Origin: Callorhinchus milii
Lineage: Eukaryota
Direction: 5' to 3'
Assembly (NCBI RefSeq): GCF_018977255.1
Contig: NW_024704742.1
Coordinates: 34,350,001-34,414,000 of the forward strand
Length of the DNA: 64,000 bases
How positions within the stretch are numbered: the first letter of the stretch is position 1; each line of letters begins with the position of its first letter. Position numbers and translations under genes: made by a program. Below the pieces are notes generated by a model. It ran no database searches. It saw only the letters and a program-made list of their open reading frames with translations, and was not told the origin of the DNA. This document shows positions 12,169 through 24,034 of this stretch, in pieces.

Positions 12169-12486
12169 GTGGAGTCCTTTAGCTCAGTGGTTAGAGCACT
12201 TGCTTTGCAAGTGAGAGACCTGGGTTCGATTTCCGGCAGGGTGAAACCTTGGGCAAGTTTCCTTACTCCACACACCTGATAATATTCCCTCAAGAGAAAA
12301 TAAATAGATAAATTGGTTATTTTAATCCACGACTGTTTGTGGGACACGGCTGTGCACAATTGGCTGCCGCATTTCGCCCATAAATATAGAGTCAATTTAC
12401 TTTACAGTCTATTCAGTGAAGCGCTTTGAGACATCTAAAAGACGAGAAAAGCACTATATCAAATGCAAGGATTATTATTATTATTA
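12169..12486 (+). mobile_element. Full-length tRNA-Ala-derived SINE (family A)
   Basis: Head gtggagtcctttagctcagtggttagagcacttgctTTGCaagtgagagacctgggttcgatttcc has Pol III A and B boxes and a UGC-anticodon-like loop. It is followed by the body and an (ATT)n tail. Confidence 0.93.
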
Positions 12487-12539
12487 CTTTCAGGTACACC
12501 AAGGCAGTAGAACAAGGCAGTACAGAGTCAATGTTTCAA

Positions 12540-12765
12540 ACGGCAGTTTCAGGACAGACACCAGGAAGTATTTATTTACCCAGAAGGTAACATGAACTGG
12601 AACATGTAATCAGGAAGAGTCGTTCAGGCCAGGACACTTGACTCATTTGACTCAGCTTGATTCTGTATGGTAGGAAGGTACAGTGGGTATTCTGGATGCA
12701 TGAGATCAAATGGACCCAAGGGTGTTATTAATTTAAACCTCTTTGTGATCTCTTGTGATCTCGTA
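12540..12765 (+). mobile_element. Decayed CR1 3' end
   Basis: ttcaggacagacaccaggaagtatttatttacccagaaggta..tggaac.., then gatcaaatggacc and a short tandem tail (ttgtgatctc x2). Confidence 0.6.
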
Positions 12766-12964
12766 AATGTTATACACACCATGTATTATTACATTTAAGT
12801 GGTAGCTAAGTAAATTGAATTGCAAAACTGCTATAAGCATTGTTGTAATTTTTAAAAAATCAAATGAGTCTACTGATAGCTCAGATATTCGAATCATAAT
12901 CTAAAGTGAAGCTAAGTGGCCATGGACTGATGCAATCCCTGCCTTCATCTTTGCTTTCAGCTCA

Positions 12965-13200
12965 AACTCAAACAAGCAGCAGTTGAGGGTGCTACAGATG
13001 ATCTCAGTGACCCTGGGCTAGCAAAGGGAAAAATCAACCAGAGTTCTTTTAGGGTTGCTATATAGTGCCTCCTGTTGGAAACTGGCTGTAAGGATCCCTC
13101 TACCAAAATTATGAATGGCCACTTGGCTGAGGTGATGGAAAGCAAAGCACTGTTTATGGGACAGTGCTGCAGACTACCTCTTCAAGAGAGATGAAGATAG
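12965..13200 (+). mobile_element. Old SINE-like repeat of a type common in shark genomes
   Basis: gggtgctaca..ctcagtgaccctgggctag..gggaaaaatcaaccag..atgaatggccacttggctgaggt..ttcaagagag recalls an abundant chondrichthyan repeat. This is from memory and unverified. Confidence 0.5.
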
Positions 13201-13644
13201 GTTCTAACCCAGATCCCAGATGTAAAAGGATTTGGTGATCCACTGCAGAATCCATTCTCCACTGAAATAGCAACGTTCTTTTTGAGAGCTGTGTTAAGTA
13301 ATCAGGAAATTGGGAAAAGCCTGTTGACTACCTTACAATTACCATTTGGATATATTCGAGATGCACACACACATACATGCATGTGCACACACTCAGGATG
13401 TAACAAACAAAAGTGGAGACATTCTACTGGGTCAAGATTTGTATCATATCATTTTTGACTAACTGAAGAAATTGGATATTTAAGGATTCTAATCAAATAA
13501 CCAGGCTTTTAAATCATAAGCTAAAACTATAAAATTTGGTGACCGACCTCCCGCCCCCTCCACCCCCCGGAATTCTGAAACATAAATAAGCCAAGTATAA
13601 CAAAGATAGGTGTGGGACAAGGGCATTCAACCAATGATGATGAT

Positions 13645-13790
13645 AAGAATAATAATTCTTGCATTTGATAGTACCTTTCATGTCAGAGTTTGTCTCAAAA
13701 CGCTTCACAGAATGTACTGTGAAGTGTAATAACTTGTATTGTGTAGGTGAATGTAGCAACCAATTTGCCCAAATAAACAGCCATGATGTT
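13645..13790 (-). mobile_element. SINE 3' fragment
   Basis: aataataattcttgcatttgatagtacctttcatgtc..ctcaaaacgcttcacagaatgtactgt is the reverse complement of the shared SINE tail. Confidence 0.75.
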
Positions 13791-15199
13791 GTTTGCCATT
13801 TGGGTCTATGGTAGGATATGTATAAGGCCTATTTCCTTCCAGCGCTTCAAATGCAACCTGCACCAGCAACCCTAACTGCAGGACTGCTGAGCGGATAATG
13901 ATCCAAAATAACATTATTGGCTTAGTAAAGCGGGATAACCGATTACAATATTATCATCTTAGCCACTATAGAGCCCCCACTACAGTTTGGCAGCTTGCTA
14001 TTTAAAATACTACTGCTCCAAGTATTTTTAAGGTTTTTACTGTTTTTACTGCTTCACATATCTTCACGTCAAGAAATAAAATAATGTATGTCAAAATATA
14101 ACTGCATGTAAAAAAATATTCTCTGAAATGCAAGTATCAGTTTGGATCACTGACATTACCAGGAAAAAAGATGAGACAATTAATGCCCCCTAAAGGGGCC
14201 TGTTAATTCTGTAGCTTTTGATCATTCCTAATTTGTAACAGATTTAGTTATCAGTCATCTTATGACATCAGCTGATGAATGAAAAGATGCATTTGGACAG
14301 CACAGGCTTGAAAAGATTAAGTATTTTAGAACAGACTGCCAAAAGTACTATGTTACTGTTTTGCTGTACTACTAACTTTATTTGATTAAAGTGAGATATT
14401 ACAGTTACAAGCATATGTTATATGTTCATTAAGTGGTTAATTCTGCACGTCTTCCAAAGGTTGCAGACATTGTATACCTCATAATATGGCTATCATCAGC
14501 ATTTTGCAACACATGGCATCTGAAGGCTACCCTTGGCACCTTCCTTCAATAAAATTACAGCAAGAAACATGATCAAAGTTTTCTCTGAGCTCCAACAACA
14601 AAAATGAAACAAAACACTAAGTTGATTTCATTTGACATTCTTCAGCAGTGAATATGTTTCCAGCTTTGCAAATGTTAAGCAAAACAGCTTGGTAAGTTAC
14701 AATTAATTCTTCTTGGTGGAAAATATTCATCTGGAGTATAACTCCCCGTAGAAATCCACTGCACATCATCTGTGAGGTTATTGTTACACACTGGAGCTTC
14801 TTAATTGGTTTCATTTGGTTTCCCCATGCTGCCGCAGATGCAAATAAATACACAGCATAGCTTTTATTTCTTCCCTTGCTGATTTACAGCATTGACTACT
14901 CTCAAGCTGCTAATTATACGCTCTTCATTTATAGTAATATCCTTTCAGACAATTGCTATGATTTCTGCATTTATTAATGTGTGCTCTACAGCAAACTGAC
15001 ATGCATCCTTGTAGGTGCACATCATAGCAACATGTCAATGTACAATTCCCCCCACCAGGGCCACCTTGCCATGAAAGCCCAATAGTTTGTATTGATTGTC
15101 GCTCGTTCATCTGTAAACAAACAAGTAGCATGTTGCAATAGTGGTCATTTCAACCGGCGTGGAACTCAGAATATTCTCCTTGGTGGGGGGAGGCAAGCG

Positions 15200-15841
15200 G
15201 AGTCTCCTTGGAGCCGGCTCCAAGGTGGTCTTGTTGGTTCGGTTACTGAGCCAGGCGGGTCCGCAGCATTCCAGGGCACTGCTAATGGCAGCACACAGGC
15301 AGCCTGGCACATCAGCAGGACCTGGAAGGGGAGACTACTCACTGGGCATAGGGAGTTATTCCACTCAGCTCCTGTTAACCCTGCAAGCCAAAGCCCTAAC
15401 AGGTAGTAATAAGGCTATGATGTAAAAACATCTCAAAATGAACCTTGGATCATTGCTGTAGTGTAGTCATTTTTTGATTTTTTGGGCAGACATAACATCC
15501 ATTTGCCCCAGCTTTGTCCCATAACCAGCCATCCTAGCTGGACAAGCAGCGGGAAAGCTTGCCGGACAGCAATATCAATGGCAAGCTATGCGGTTTTAGC
15601 TGGTTAAGACTCCAGCAGTTACCCCAACACACACTCTGGGGCCCCCAAGCTTTGGCTCTTGCCAACCTGCGCCTAACACTTTCTGGAATTAGCTCAGCTG
15701 AGAGTGTGGTTACCATTCCAACAATCTATCACTGGGATTTCCATGTGTAGGTGGATTGCATGGAATTCTCAGCTTGGTTTGGATACTCTTAAGCATTGGT
15801 GATGGGTTTCTGCATGTGTCAGACACCTGGGTGACCAAAAA
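15200..15841 (+). repeat. Family X, longest copy, with an insert of about 120 bp at 15407-15525
   Basis: Colinear with the reverse complement of 2312-2812 and ends cagacacctgggtgaccaaaaa. The 5' boundary is uncertain and may reach about 15110. Confidence 0.85.
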
Positions 15842-17475
15842 TGGAACTCAGAACAAGAATATCATCAGGTGCCAATAAACCCACCAGGGTCTTTCACGTT
15901 GTAGTAATCTACTTGAAGCTATTTCTAATAGTAGTTGATTCAAATGCCACTTGTATTTTAATTACATGATCTTTTCTCAAGTCGCAGAAACAAAAGTTAA
16001 ATATTTCAAATGGGAGAATGAGTGGCAGGGTTGATATTGCCTTTTTTAAACAAGATCAATCTTGTGCATAACTGCTGCACAAATCTGAGATTGCTGGATT
16101 AATTTTTGCGCTGCTTTTCGCTGTACATACCCATATTTCAGTGGCAATTCATTTCACAAAAAAGATATGTCAATAGCTTAAGAGAAACATGAATAGTTAT
16201 GGTAGGTTCACAAAACACAGTTCAGGCTGCTAAAGGCAATGTACTGATTAAGTACTTCTCTATCCATGTAAATAGATTTTGTGTTAATTTTTAAGAATGA
16301 ATTTATCTCCTGCTGGCTATTAGTAAGCTTAAAAACCTGCATACTTTCAAGAAAATATACAGCATATGCCGCACAATCTTTGACTGTTTGTACCCAGGTT
16401 GTGGAGACTAAAATGGTTTGTGATAAACATTAAAAATGTATATAACAGAAACAAAATTCAAAATGGAACAGCACCACCTGGGAGAGAGCACATTCTTAAA
16501 GCAAGTTCTATTTACATTTTAATTGCAGTGGAAAAACTGCCCTTCAGAGCTAAGGTTTTATCCTCTATAATTGCAGAGAATATTGACATTACAGAAATCA
16601 ATTTCATTTCTCCACAGAAAGGAAAAGTAGTCTATATCATTAGAAAGCTAGTATATCATTAGATTCCTTTCCCCTGTATTTTATATCAAATGGTCAGTTC
16701 CACTCATTTTCTCATTACATTTATCATTTAGATCCTTCAATATAATTCTGTCACCAAAAATCACATTATTTATTTTCCCTAAAATGCATTATACACGATC
16801 ATGTTGTCAAGACTGTTGCAAGTATGCGTGTTCAGCTCAAAGTAAAGCCTAACTGAGTCTGACATCGAACAATATTCTTCTAGTTTAGATATAATCCTGG
16901 CAGTATCATTTTACGGCATTCTAGTTCTTGTTATAAAGTAAGCAGAACTATAAATTGTTAAGCTTTCAAGTGCTGTATTCAGGTAGACCTAGTAAAGCAC
17001 AAAGGTATTACAGAAGAGTAATTTACTGTGGTGATGTGTGGCTCCCTGTGTTGTAGCAGTTCCTGAGTCTTTCAAGATGATGCACTGGGTACTCTTATTA
17101 GAGTATTAACCTTAATATTCAAATCCATTCTTCGCTGGCTTATGTAATTTATAATACAACAGCCCAGGATCTGGGAAATGTACAAAGTATGATAGAATAA
17201 TCTAAGTGAGAAAATACTTTGTGGGGAGACTTTTATAATTGCCATTAACCTCAGAAATAACATGATAATCTTGCAGAAGAGCCACAGTAAGAAAGAAGCA
17301 TTCACAAACCAGAAGTCACTATGCTAAATTGTGATTTATGTTTTGAAATCATGCAATTTGTATAAAATTTACTGAACAATTGTGAAACAATTGCAATCAT
17401 GAAAGTTGGTAAATGTAATCCTATAATGCAATAAGGCTATAATGTCAAAACATCTCAAAATGCATCTCAGATAAA

Positions 17476-18160
17476 TGCATCTCCGCAGCATTGCCAGACT
17501 CCACCATTGCCTCACCCCTCAGGCTGCTGAAACCCTCACCCACGCACTCGTTATATCAAGGCTCGATTATGGAAACTCCCTCCTCATCGGCCTTCCCAAC
17601 TGTTCCCTTCACAAGCTGCAGATCATCCAAAACTCTGCAGCTCGTGTACTCTCACGCACCAGGCTCCGTGACCCCATCACTCCCACCCTCGCCCGACTCC
17701 ACTGGCTTCCCATCCCTTAGAGGATTGAATTCAAGATCCTTGTCCTCACTTTCATGGCCATCGATGGCCTTGCCCCCTCCTACCACTCTGACCTGCTGAC
17801 TCCCTACCAACCTGCCCGCTCATTCTGTTCAGTGGGCTCCAGCCTGCTCCATGTCTACCGCCCAACCCGCCCTACCATCGGTGGCCGGGCTTTCAGCCTC
17901 TCTGCCCCCACACTCTGGAACTCCATCTCACAATCCCTTCGCCTCACTTCCTCCCTTGCCTCCTTCAAGGCTGGTCTCAAGACACTTCTCTTTGATCATG
18001 CCTTCAGTCGCCCTCCCACCTCTCTGCCTGCCCTCCCCCTCCCCCACCCCTACCCCATGCTCGGGTCCTGACCCCTGAATGTCCAGCGCCTTGCGATGTC
18101 CTCCCGACATGAAAGGCGCTCTAAAAATGTAATTTGTTGTTGTTGTTATTGTTTTGTTGT
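17476..18160 (+). mobile_element. L2-clade LINE 3' fragment, relatively young
   Basis: ORFs read HLRSIARLHHCLTPQAAETLTHALVISRLDYGNSLLIGLP..LQIIQNSAARVL..LHWLP and GLAPSY..GGRAFSLSAPTLWNS..FKAGLKTLLF, separated by one in-frame stop. A (GTT)n tail follows. Confidence 0.95.
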
Positions 18161-18254
18161 AAAGTGTAGTGATTTTAAATTTTGTGGGCAGACCTAACAT
18201 CCATTTTGCAGCCAGTTTTTTCCCATAATCTAATGAATGGCCAATTTATAATTA

Positions 18255-18602
18255 TGATAATATTTGCTTTTGATATAGCACCTTATCACATCTTCAAGAC
18301 ACCTCAAAGCGCTTCACAGAATATACTGTAAACTATCTGTGGGAGTTTTGGCCAAGACACCAGGAGAAACTCCTTTTCTTTTCAAAGAACACCATGAGAT
18401 CTTTTAACATCCACCTGATTTGGCAAGGAGGACCTCAGCTTAATATTTTTTCCAAAGAACAACACACCCAACAATCCAATGCTTCTCCCAATACTACTCT
18501 GGAGTGTTAGTTTTGATTATGAGCTCAAACCTCAACATAGTCTGAACTCACAACCTTGTGATTCAGAGACAAAAGTGTTACCAAATGCGCCAAGCTGACA
18601 CC
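18255..18602 (-). mobile_element. Deu-domain SINE, near full length
   Basis: Reverse complement runs tail, core (acaccaggagaaactcc..ccatgagatcttttaacatccacctga) and tRNA head (tgaactcacaacctt..cagagacaaaagtgttacc..gccaagctgacacc). Confidence 0.8.
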
Positions 18603-18911
18603 TCAAATTTCCACAATTATAACATGACACACATCATTTTGGCACCACCCAACTAGCTTTGATTGCACAACCAGACAAATGCTCACACATTAGCAACTTT
18701 TAAATAATATCACATCAGTGGCATTAATGGCATGTGCCAACACCCAAACCTGTATTGTTTTAATATGTTTATTCAGCATTTCATGCAAATCCATACAAAA
18801 TTAATCTTGTTTTTTTTGTTATAAAGCTTCAATAAAAATTTATAAAAACGATATGATACCGGATATGTTATTTAAATACAGGAATAAAAATTGCCATCTG
18901 TCATGCATTAA

Positions 18912-19093
18912 TTATAATAATAATAATCCTTGCATTTGATAAAGCGCCTTATCACGTCTTTGAGATGGCTCAAAGTACTTCACAGAGTATATTGAATTGA
19001 TTATATATTTGGTGGGCAAAACGTGGCAGCCAATTGTGCACAGCAGTGTCTCACAAACAGTCACAGATTGAGTGACCAATTTATTATTTTTTT
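18912..19093 (-). mobile_element. 5'-truncated SINE family A
   Basis: taataatccttgcatttgataaagcgccttatcacgtc..gcagccaattgtgcacagcag..gattgagtgaccaatttattatt. Confidence 0.85.
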
Positions 19094-20194
19094 GAAGGAA
19101 TTAACACTGGTGATAAATAATTATTACATTATTGAAAAAGGGCAGCAAATGTAGTCAGTCAATAACTAAAGAAATGATGACATAGAAATTTACAGCAAAA
19201 ACAAAACCATTTGGCCCATTGTGCCACAATGCCTGGTCTGTGGGAATATTTCCCCCCCCTATCCCTGTCACACTGGTTAGGCTTGAAGTTGGCCCACAGA
19301 AAGCACTGAACCCATACACTACAGCACTGATGTCATTAACAGGTTTCTAGCTTTACTCTTAAGTACATTTGTTTGCTATCCATCACTTCAAAGCTATGAT
19401 CCAAAGTCAAGTCACTTGAAAGGATATCCTGTGAAACACTTTGAGACGTTTCGAAGACGTGATAAGGCACAATATCAAATGCAAGGATTATTATTATCCA
19501 CAGGTTAGTAAGTCCTGTGCTATATTCTGCAGGACAACTTTGTGACAGAGTTGGGCGGGGGAGGATCAGATCTTGGACAAGTCGACGACCACAATTTTTA
19601 ACAATGTAATATTAACATATGCCATTTATCGCCAGTGTTAAATACACATCACAGGGCACAGTTTTCATCCAACCAAACTGTTTCTTAAACAGCAGGTTCC
19701 TGTTCTGGGTCTGCTTACAGTTTATAGTTGGAATCCATATTGGGTTAGCCGGCAATCAAACCCAATATAGATTCAGTAAACATCCATTCAAATTGCTTTA
19801 TTTGAAGCAATGTCTTCCCCTAAGAAGAACATTGTCTGAGATTTTCAATGCCTTGGGCTTTTGACCCTGAATCATTAGCACATTCAATCCAATAATAAAA
19901 TCCTGTTCATAGTGGAATAATATCTTGTATTGTGTCCAGCATGTTTATTCCAGCTGCAAGATCCACATAAGGGTTAATGGGAAACTTGCCTAGCTTATCT
20001 CTCAGAAGAGGGATAAGGGAAGGTTGTCCACTGTTACCCACCTTATTCAAAGTATTCATCAATGAACTGTTGAATGGCATAGAGGATTAGTGATAGTACA
20101 TCAGTTCCAGGCATTTCTGATAGAATTGCTGTTCTCATGCATTAGATTGACCATTTTGAATACTGCCAGACTCACTGGGACATGATTTTGGGTG

Positions 20195-20340
20195 CAGTAA
20201 GCAGGATGCATCTCCCCAAAGACAGAGTGTGCATTTCATTCCAGATTCATGGAAATTTCTATGCGTAAGTGCATACATATGTGGAGATTTTAGTCTGGTT
20301 TGTGGACTCATTAAGCATGTTGATGGGCTTCTGCCTGTGA
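20195..20340 (+). repeat. Family X 3' fragment
   Basis: gtaagcaggatgcatctcccc..catatgtggagattttagtctggttt..ttaagcatgttgatgggcttctgc aligns with 46645-46755 plus 47081-47100. Confidence 0.65.
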
Positions 20341-20734
20341 AATGGTAAAATCTATAATAAGCTAAGACAGCAAGGACTAATAAATTTACTGACCTTCAGA
20401 GGATTACCACTTTTGGAACATTTGCTTCTAATTTATAATAATAATAACTTGCTTTACAAAATAATTGATTGGAAGTGAATGCAATTATATAGACAAACAT
20501 GGTAGCTCCAAGAACGTTCCATAAATGATTAGATGATAGTCAACACATTTGAATTTGGGGGTAATTTGTAGATTTAACTGGATATGATTCTATGATACCT
20601 TAAAAGGGGCTCCAAATGGACTTTTAAGAGAACCTTTGAGAATGTACTGAATGAAAGATTCAAACCACAAACCAAGGGTCATGGTATTGAAGGTAAAGTA
20701 GAAGAGTGAATAGATGGATGGTTGAGGGACAGAA

Positions 20735-21100
20735 TACAGAATTATAGAACTATAGAAATTTATAACACAAAAGAAGACCATTGGGCCCATCGTGCCTGTG
20801 CTGGTTCTCTGAATAAAATATCAATTTTGTCCCATTGTCCTGTCTTTTCCCCAAACCACAGTGTGTGGGGTTAGATAGGGTAGCATCAGTGGATTTTTAT
20901 CAGACTGGCAAAATGGCATGTCCTCCCAACCGTGATTGGCGCTATATGAATGCAATTTGAATGTAGACTTGAATGTGTACTGAAAGAGGTAAGTCAAAGT
21001 TTCTGAAGGGGATTAGGTGGACTGTGGGTGGATTGACAAATAATAAAAATGATTGTATCAGTCTTCAGGGGGACATTAATAGATTAGGGAAATGGTGAGA
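20735..21100. mobile_element. CR1 fragments (3' tail on minus at 20735-20852; RT piece on plus at about 20990-21100)
   Basis: atagaaatttataacacaaaagaagaccattgggcccatcgtgcctgtgctgg is a reverse-complement CR1 tail. cttcagggggacattaatagattagggaaatgg encodes LQGDINRLGKW. Confidence 0.7.
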
Positions 21101-23893
21101 ACATCCTTCTAAAGAATAAATATTTTTCTTCCTGGAATTAAATACCCAGAGAATTTACTAACACCAGAATGATTCCCTTCCTCCACTACATTTTAGACCA
21201 AAAGTAAATTTGATATTATTTTTGAGTTTATAATTGGAACCACGAATGAAATAAATTTATGTCTTGAAAACTCGAGTCATGTCGCATTTAATTTTCATTA
21301 AGATCCAATCCTTCATGCCATGCAATCCAAGATGAATTTAGTTTGATCCAAAATGTGTGGTGTCATTATCTGTTACTGAGAACCAGGGAGGATTATGCTG
21401 TATTCTGGTCTGTGTTAATGTAGAACTAACTGTGCTCAATGGGGGGAGGGTGAAAATAATCTTTCAAATTAATTGCGTTCATAGAAAGGTTGTACCAAAC
21501 ACAACACAGTAAGGCAGTTTATCCTAAAAAATACTGACTAGTGATTCTCAGTTTTAACCACTTTCTTTCATCTGGGACCATTGTGTGCCAAAATTCATCC
21601 AAGACATATGTGTCGCTCAAGAAAGGTTCAAGTGAAATGTCAAAACAATGCCATACCATGTCATTTACCAGCAACCCAGATGTCACTATTCATACAGGAC
21701 TAAATTCACTTCAGTGATGATAACAGCTGTTTGCTGTGACACCATTTCTTAAACTGCAAATATCAGTCTCCACATTTCAAAAAGATTTTGTTTAATTTAT
21801 ATTGTTTTAAAATAATCTAATAGTTCAGTTTAAAAATACTTCAGCTTCTCTGATATACCCCAAAACAATTTCTACACTTCCTCAGAGGGTTTCACATAAT
21901 TCCATTTGTTTCAAACTTTTGTTTAAAGCATTTAAAGGAATGTTGTTAGCAAAAGCATTTTGGGTTTAATAGCCATGAACTCCTGTATGCAAAAACTAGC
22001 CTTATTGGTGGCAAGGAGGGCTCAAAGAAGCAATGGCTATGTGATAACACTGCAATTTACACAATAAAGTTTCTGAACAATTTCAGTAATCCTTATCCAT
22101 CATAGTTTTGCAATGACTCAAAATTATTATTATTGTGAAAATATGACCACCAGAGTTTCAAATACCCTTGAATTGATTTCTAAGTGTAAAGATCGCCTTA
22201 AAAGGCAAAACATTCCAAGTGACAGTGACCTTCAGTATATAACTTAAGTTATTTTAAATACATTATTTGCAAATGCTAAGAAAATGCGTTAATTAGGATC
22301 AGCCGAGTTGTACACCAAAATATATTTGTGCCGATTATTGCAATAACACAAATACAAGTTATTTCAAACTCTATTCAGTCTCATTCCTAAAAGCTTAGGC
22401 AAATAGCATTATACCACACAGCCATAATTAGCCATGAAACATGATGAAAATGTGAAACATCACAATGATGTGGTAGCGGTGCCTTTCACTGAATATTTAT
22501 CATGCCTTTCTTTTGCCAAGAATAACTGTTTGTCTTTCCTGTTTTCGCTTGACATTTTAGAAAAAAAAGCTGACTTCATACCGTAGTGGCCAAATTATCC
22601 AGTTGGTAAAATTGACTCCAGATCCCTCTACAAACATTCCTGAGGAACGCATCTATTTTATTTCCAAACAAAAGAAATCTAACAAAAGCTAATAATCGCA
22701 AATATACTGCTAGAGCTCCACTTCTCTTGGAAGTAAAGGTGGAGCCAAATACCAAGCATTCAGGAGTAGTGTTTATGCATCAGGAGAATGTAACTCCCTT
22801 TTTTACATATCCCTTATCACCCTTACCCCTAATATCTATCAACATCAGTCTTGGACATTTTGATTGACGTAGCATCCACAGACGTTTTGGGGTGGTATAG
22901 GGGTACTCCAGATTTCCACAAACAGCACATGTTTGGCAATTTATAGTAAGATTTTTAAAAATCAGATCTGTTGTAGGTGTTTGGCCCATACATTAGATTG
23001 TTTTCAAGGGATTATGGGGGATACCAATATGATTGGCACTCATTGCAGTAACATGGAATTTGTTCTGTTTGAAACTGCCTCCTCCAGTTGGTCTTCACTG
23101 TTTCCAGTGATTCAGATAGGAGTTTGACAGTGTTAACTGTCATGTATCACAATGTTCCCCATTAGCACTATGAGTCTCTGTTATTGAATGCTGTTTTAAA
23201 CCATAATAGTTACATTCAACACATCATAATGTTTAACATAAAGTGAATAATGGGAAGTATCATGGGTATCTCAGGTGTTTGATCACCATACTCGGGATTG
23301 GACAGTTCCTGGCTCAAATCATATCGGAGACAACCTTTTGAGATCAATAAAATGAGCACTGAGTCTAAAAATATCTTCCTTGAGAGAAGAGGTAAGCAGA
23401 GCCGTCATGGGACTGAACTGGCTCTAAGGAGACATGCCTTGCAAAGACAAGCATATCTGCAGTAATCCAAAATAGAGTTGCAGTAATGTTCTCATTCCTT
23501 TAAGCCAAAGTCCTAGTGGATAGTATAGCCCTAGCTGTGTAAGCAACATGTTGTGCACATTGTGTGTCAATGATACACATTTTGTGTTAATGGTACAATG
23601 CTAATATTTAATTGGGAAAGTGTAGCTTTGCACAGGCCAAATTGTGTTTTATATTTGGTTTCAATTAGATTCAATTAGATAGTTAAGGATCTGTATCTTT
23701 AAATACAATTGCATAACATATGTATACAAAAATCTGTGTTCTAATTTCTTAGCAGATTTCTGAATAAGAAATGTTAAATTATTGAATTTCTAAAACATTG
23801 AATGGATTCTTCAGTACATTCCATGTTTCAGAAATCCAATAATCTTGTGTTCCTTATTATGAGATCTGTTAAAAAAAATCACAAAAGCATTCT

Positions 23894-24034
23894 ACATTCT
23901 GATTCGGTTTTGAGTTTGGCTTTTGCAAATGATATCTGTGCCAATGGACCGTTTATTGTGCCTCACATTCTGATTCGGTTTTGAGTTTGGCTTTTGCAAA
24001 TGATATCTGTGCCAATGGACCGTTTATTGTGCCT
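23894..24034. repeat. Perfect 70-bp tandem duplication with a 1-nt spacer
   Basis: acattctgattcgg..gtttattgtgcct appears identically at 23894-23963 and 23965-24034. Confidence 0.95.

Noticed and set aside
12169..12245. tRNA-Ala-like sequence (also at 40974-41095 and 47005-47080)
   Set aside because: These are SINE heads with no proper acceptor stem, and each continues directly into the SINE body.
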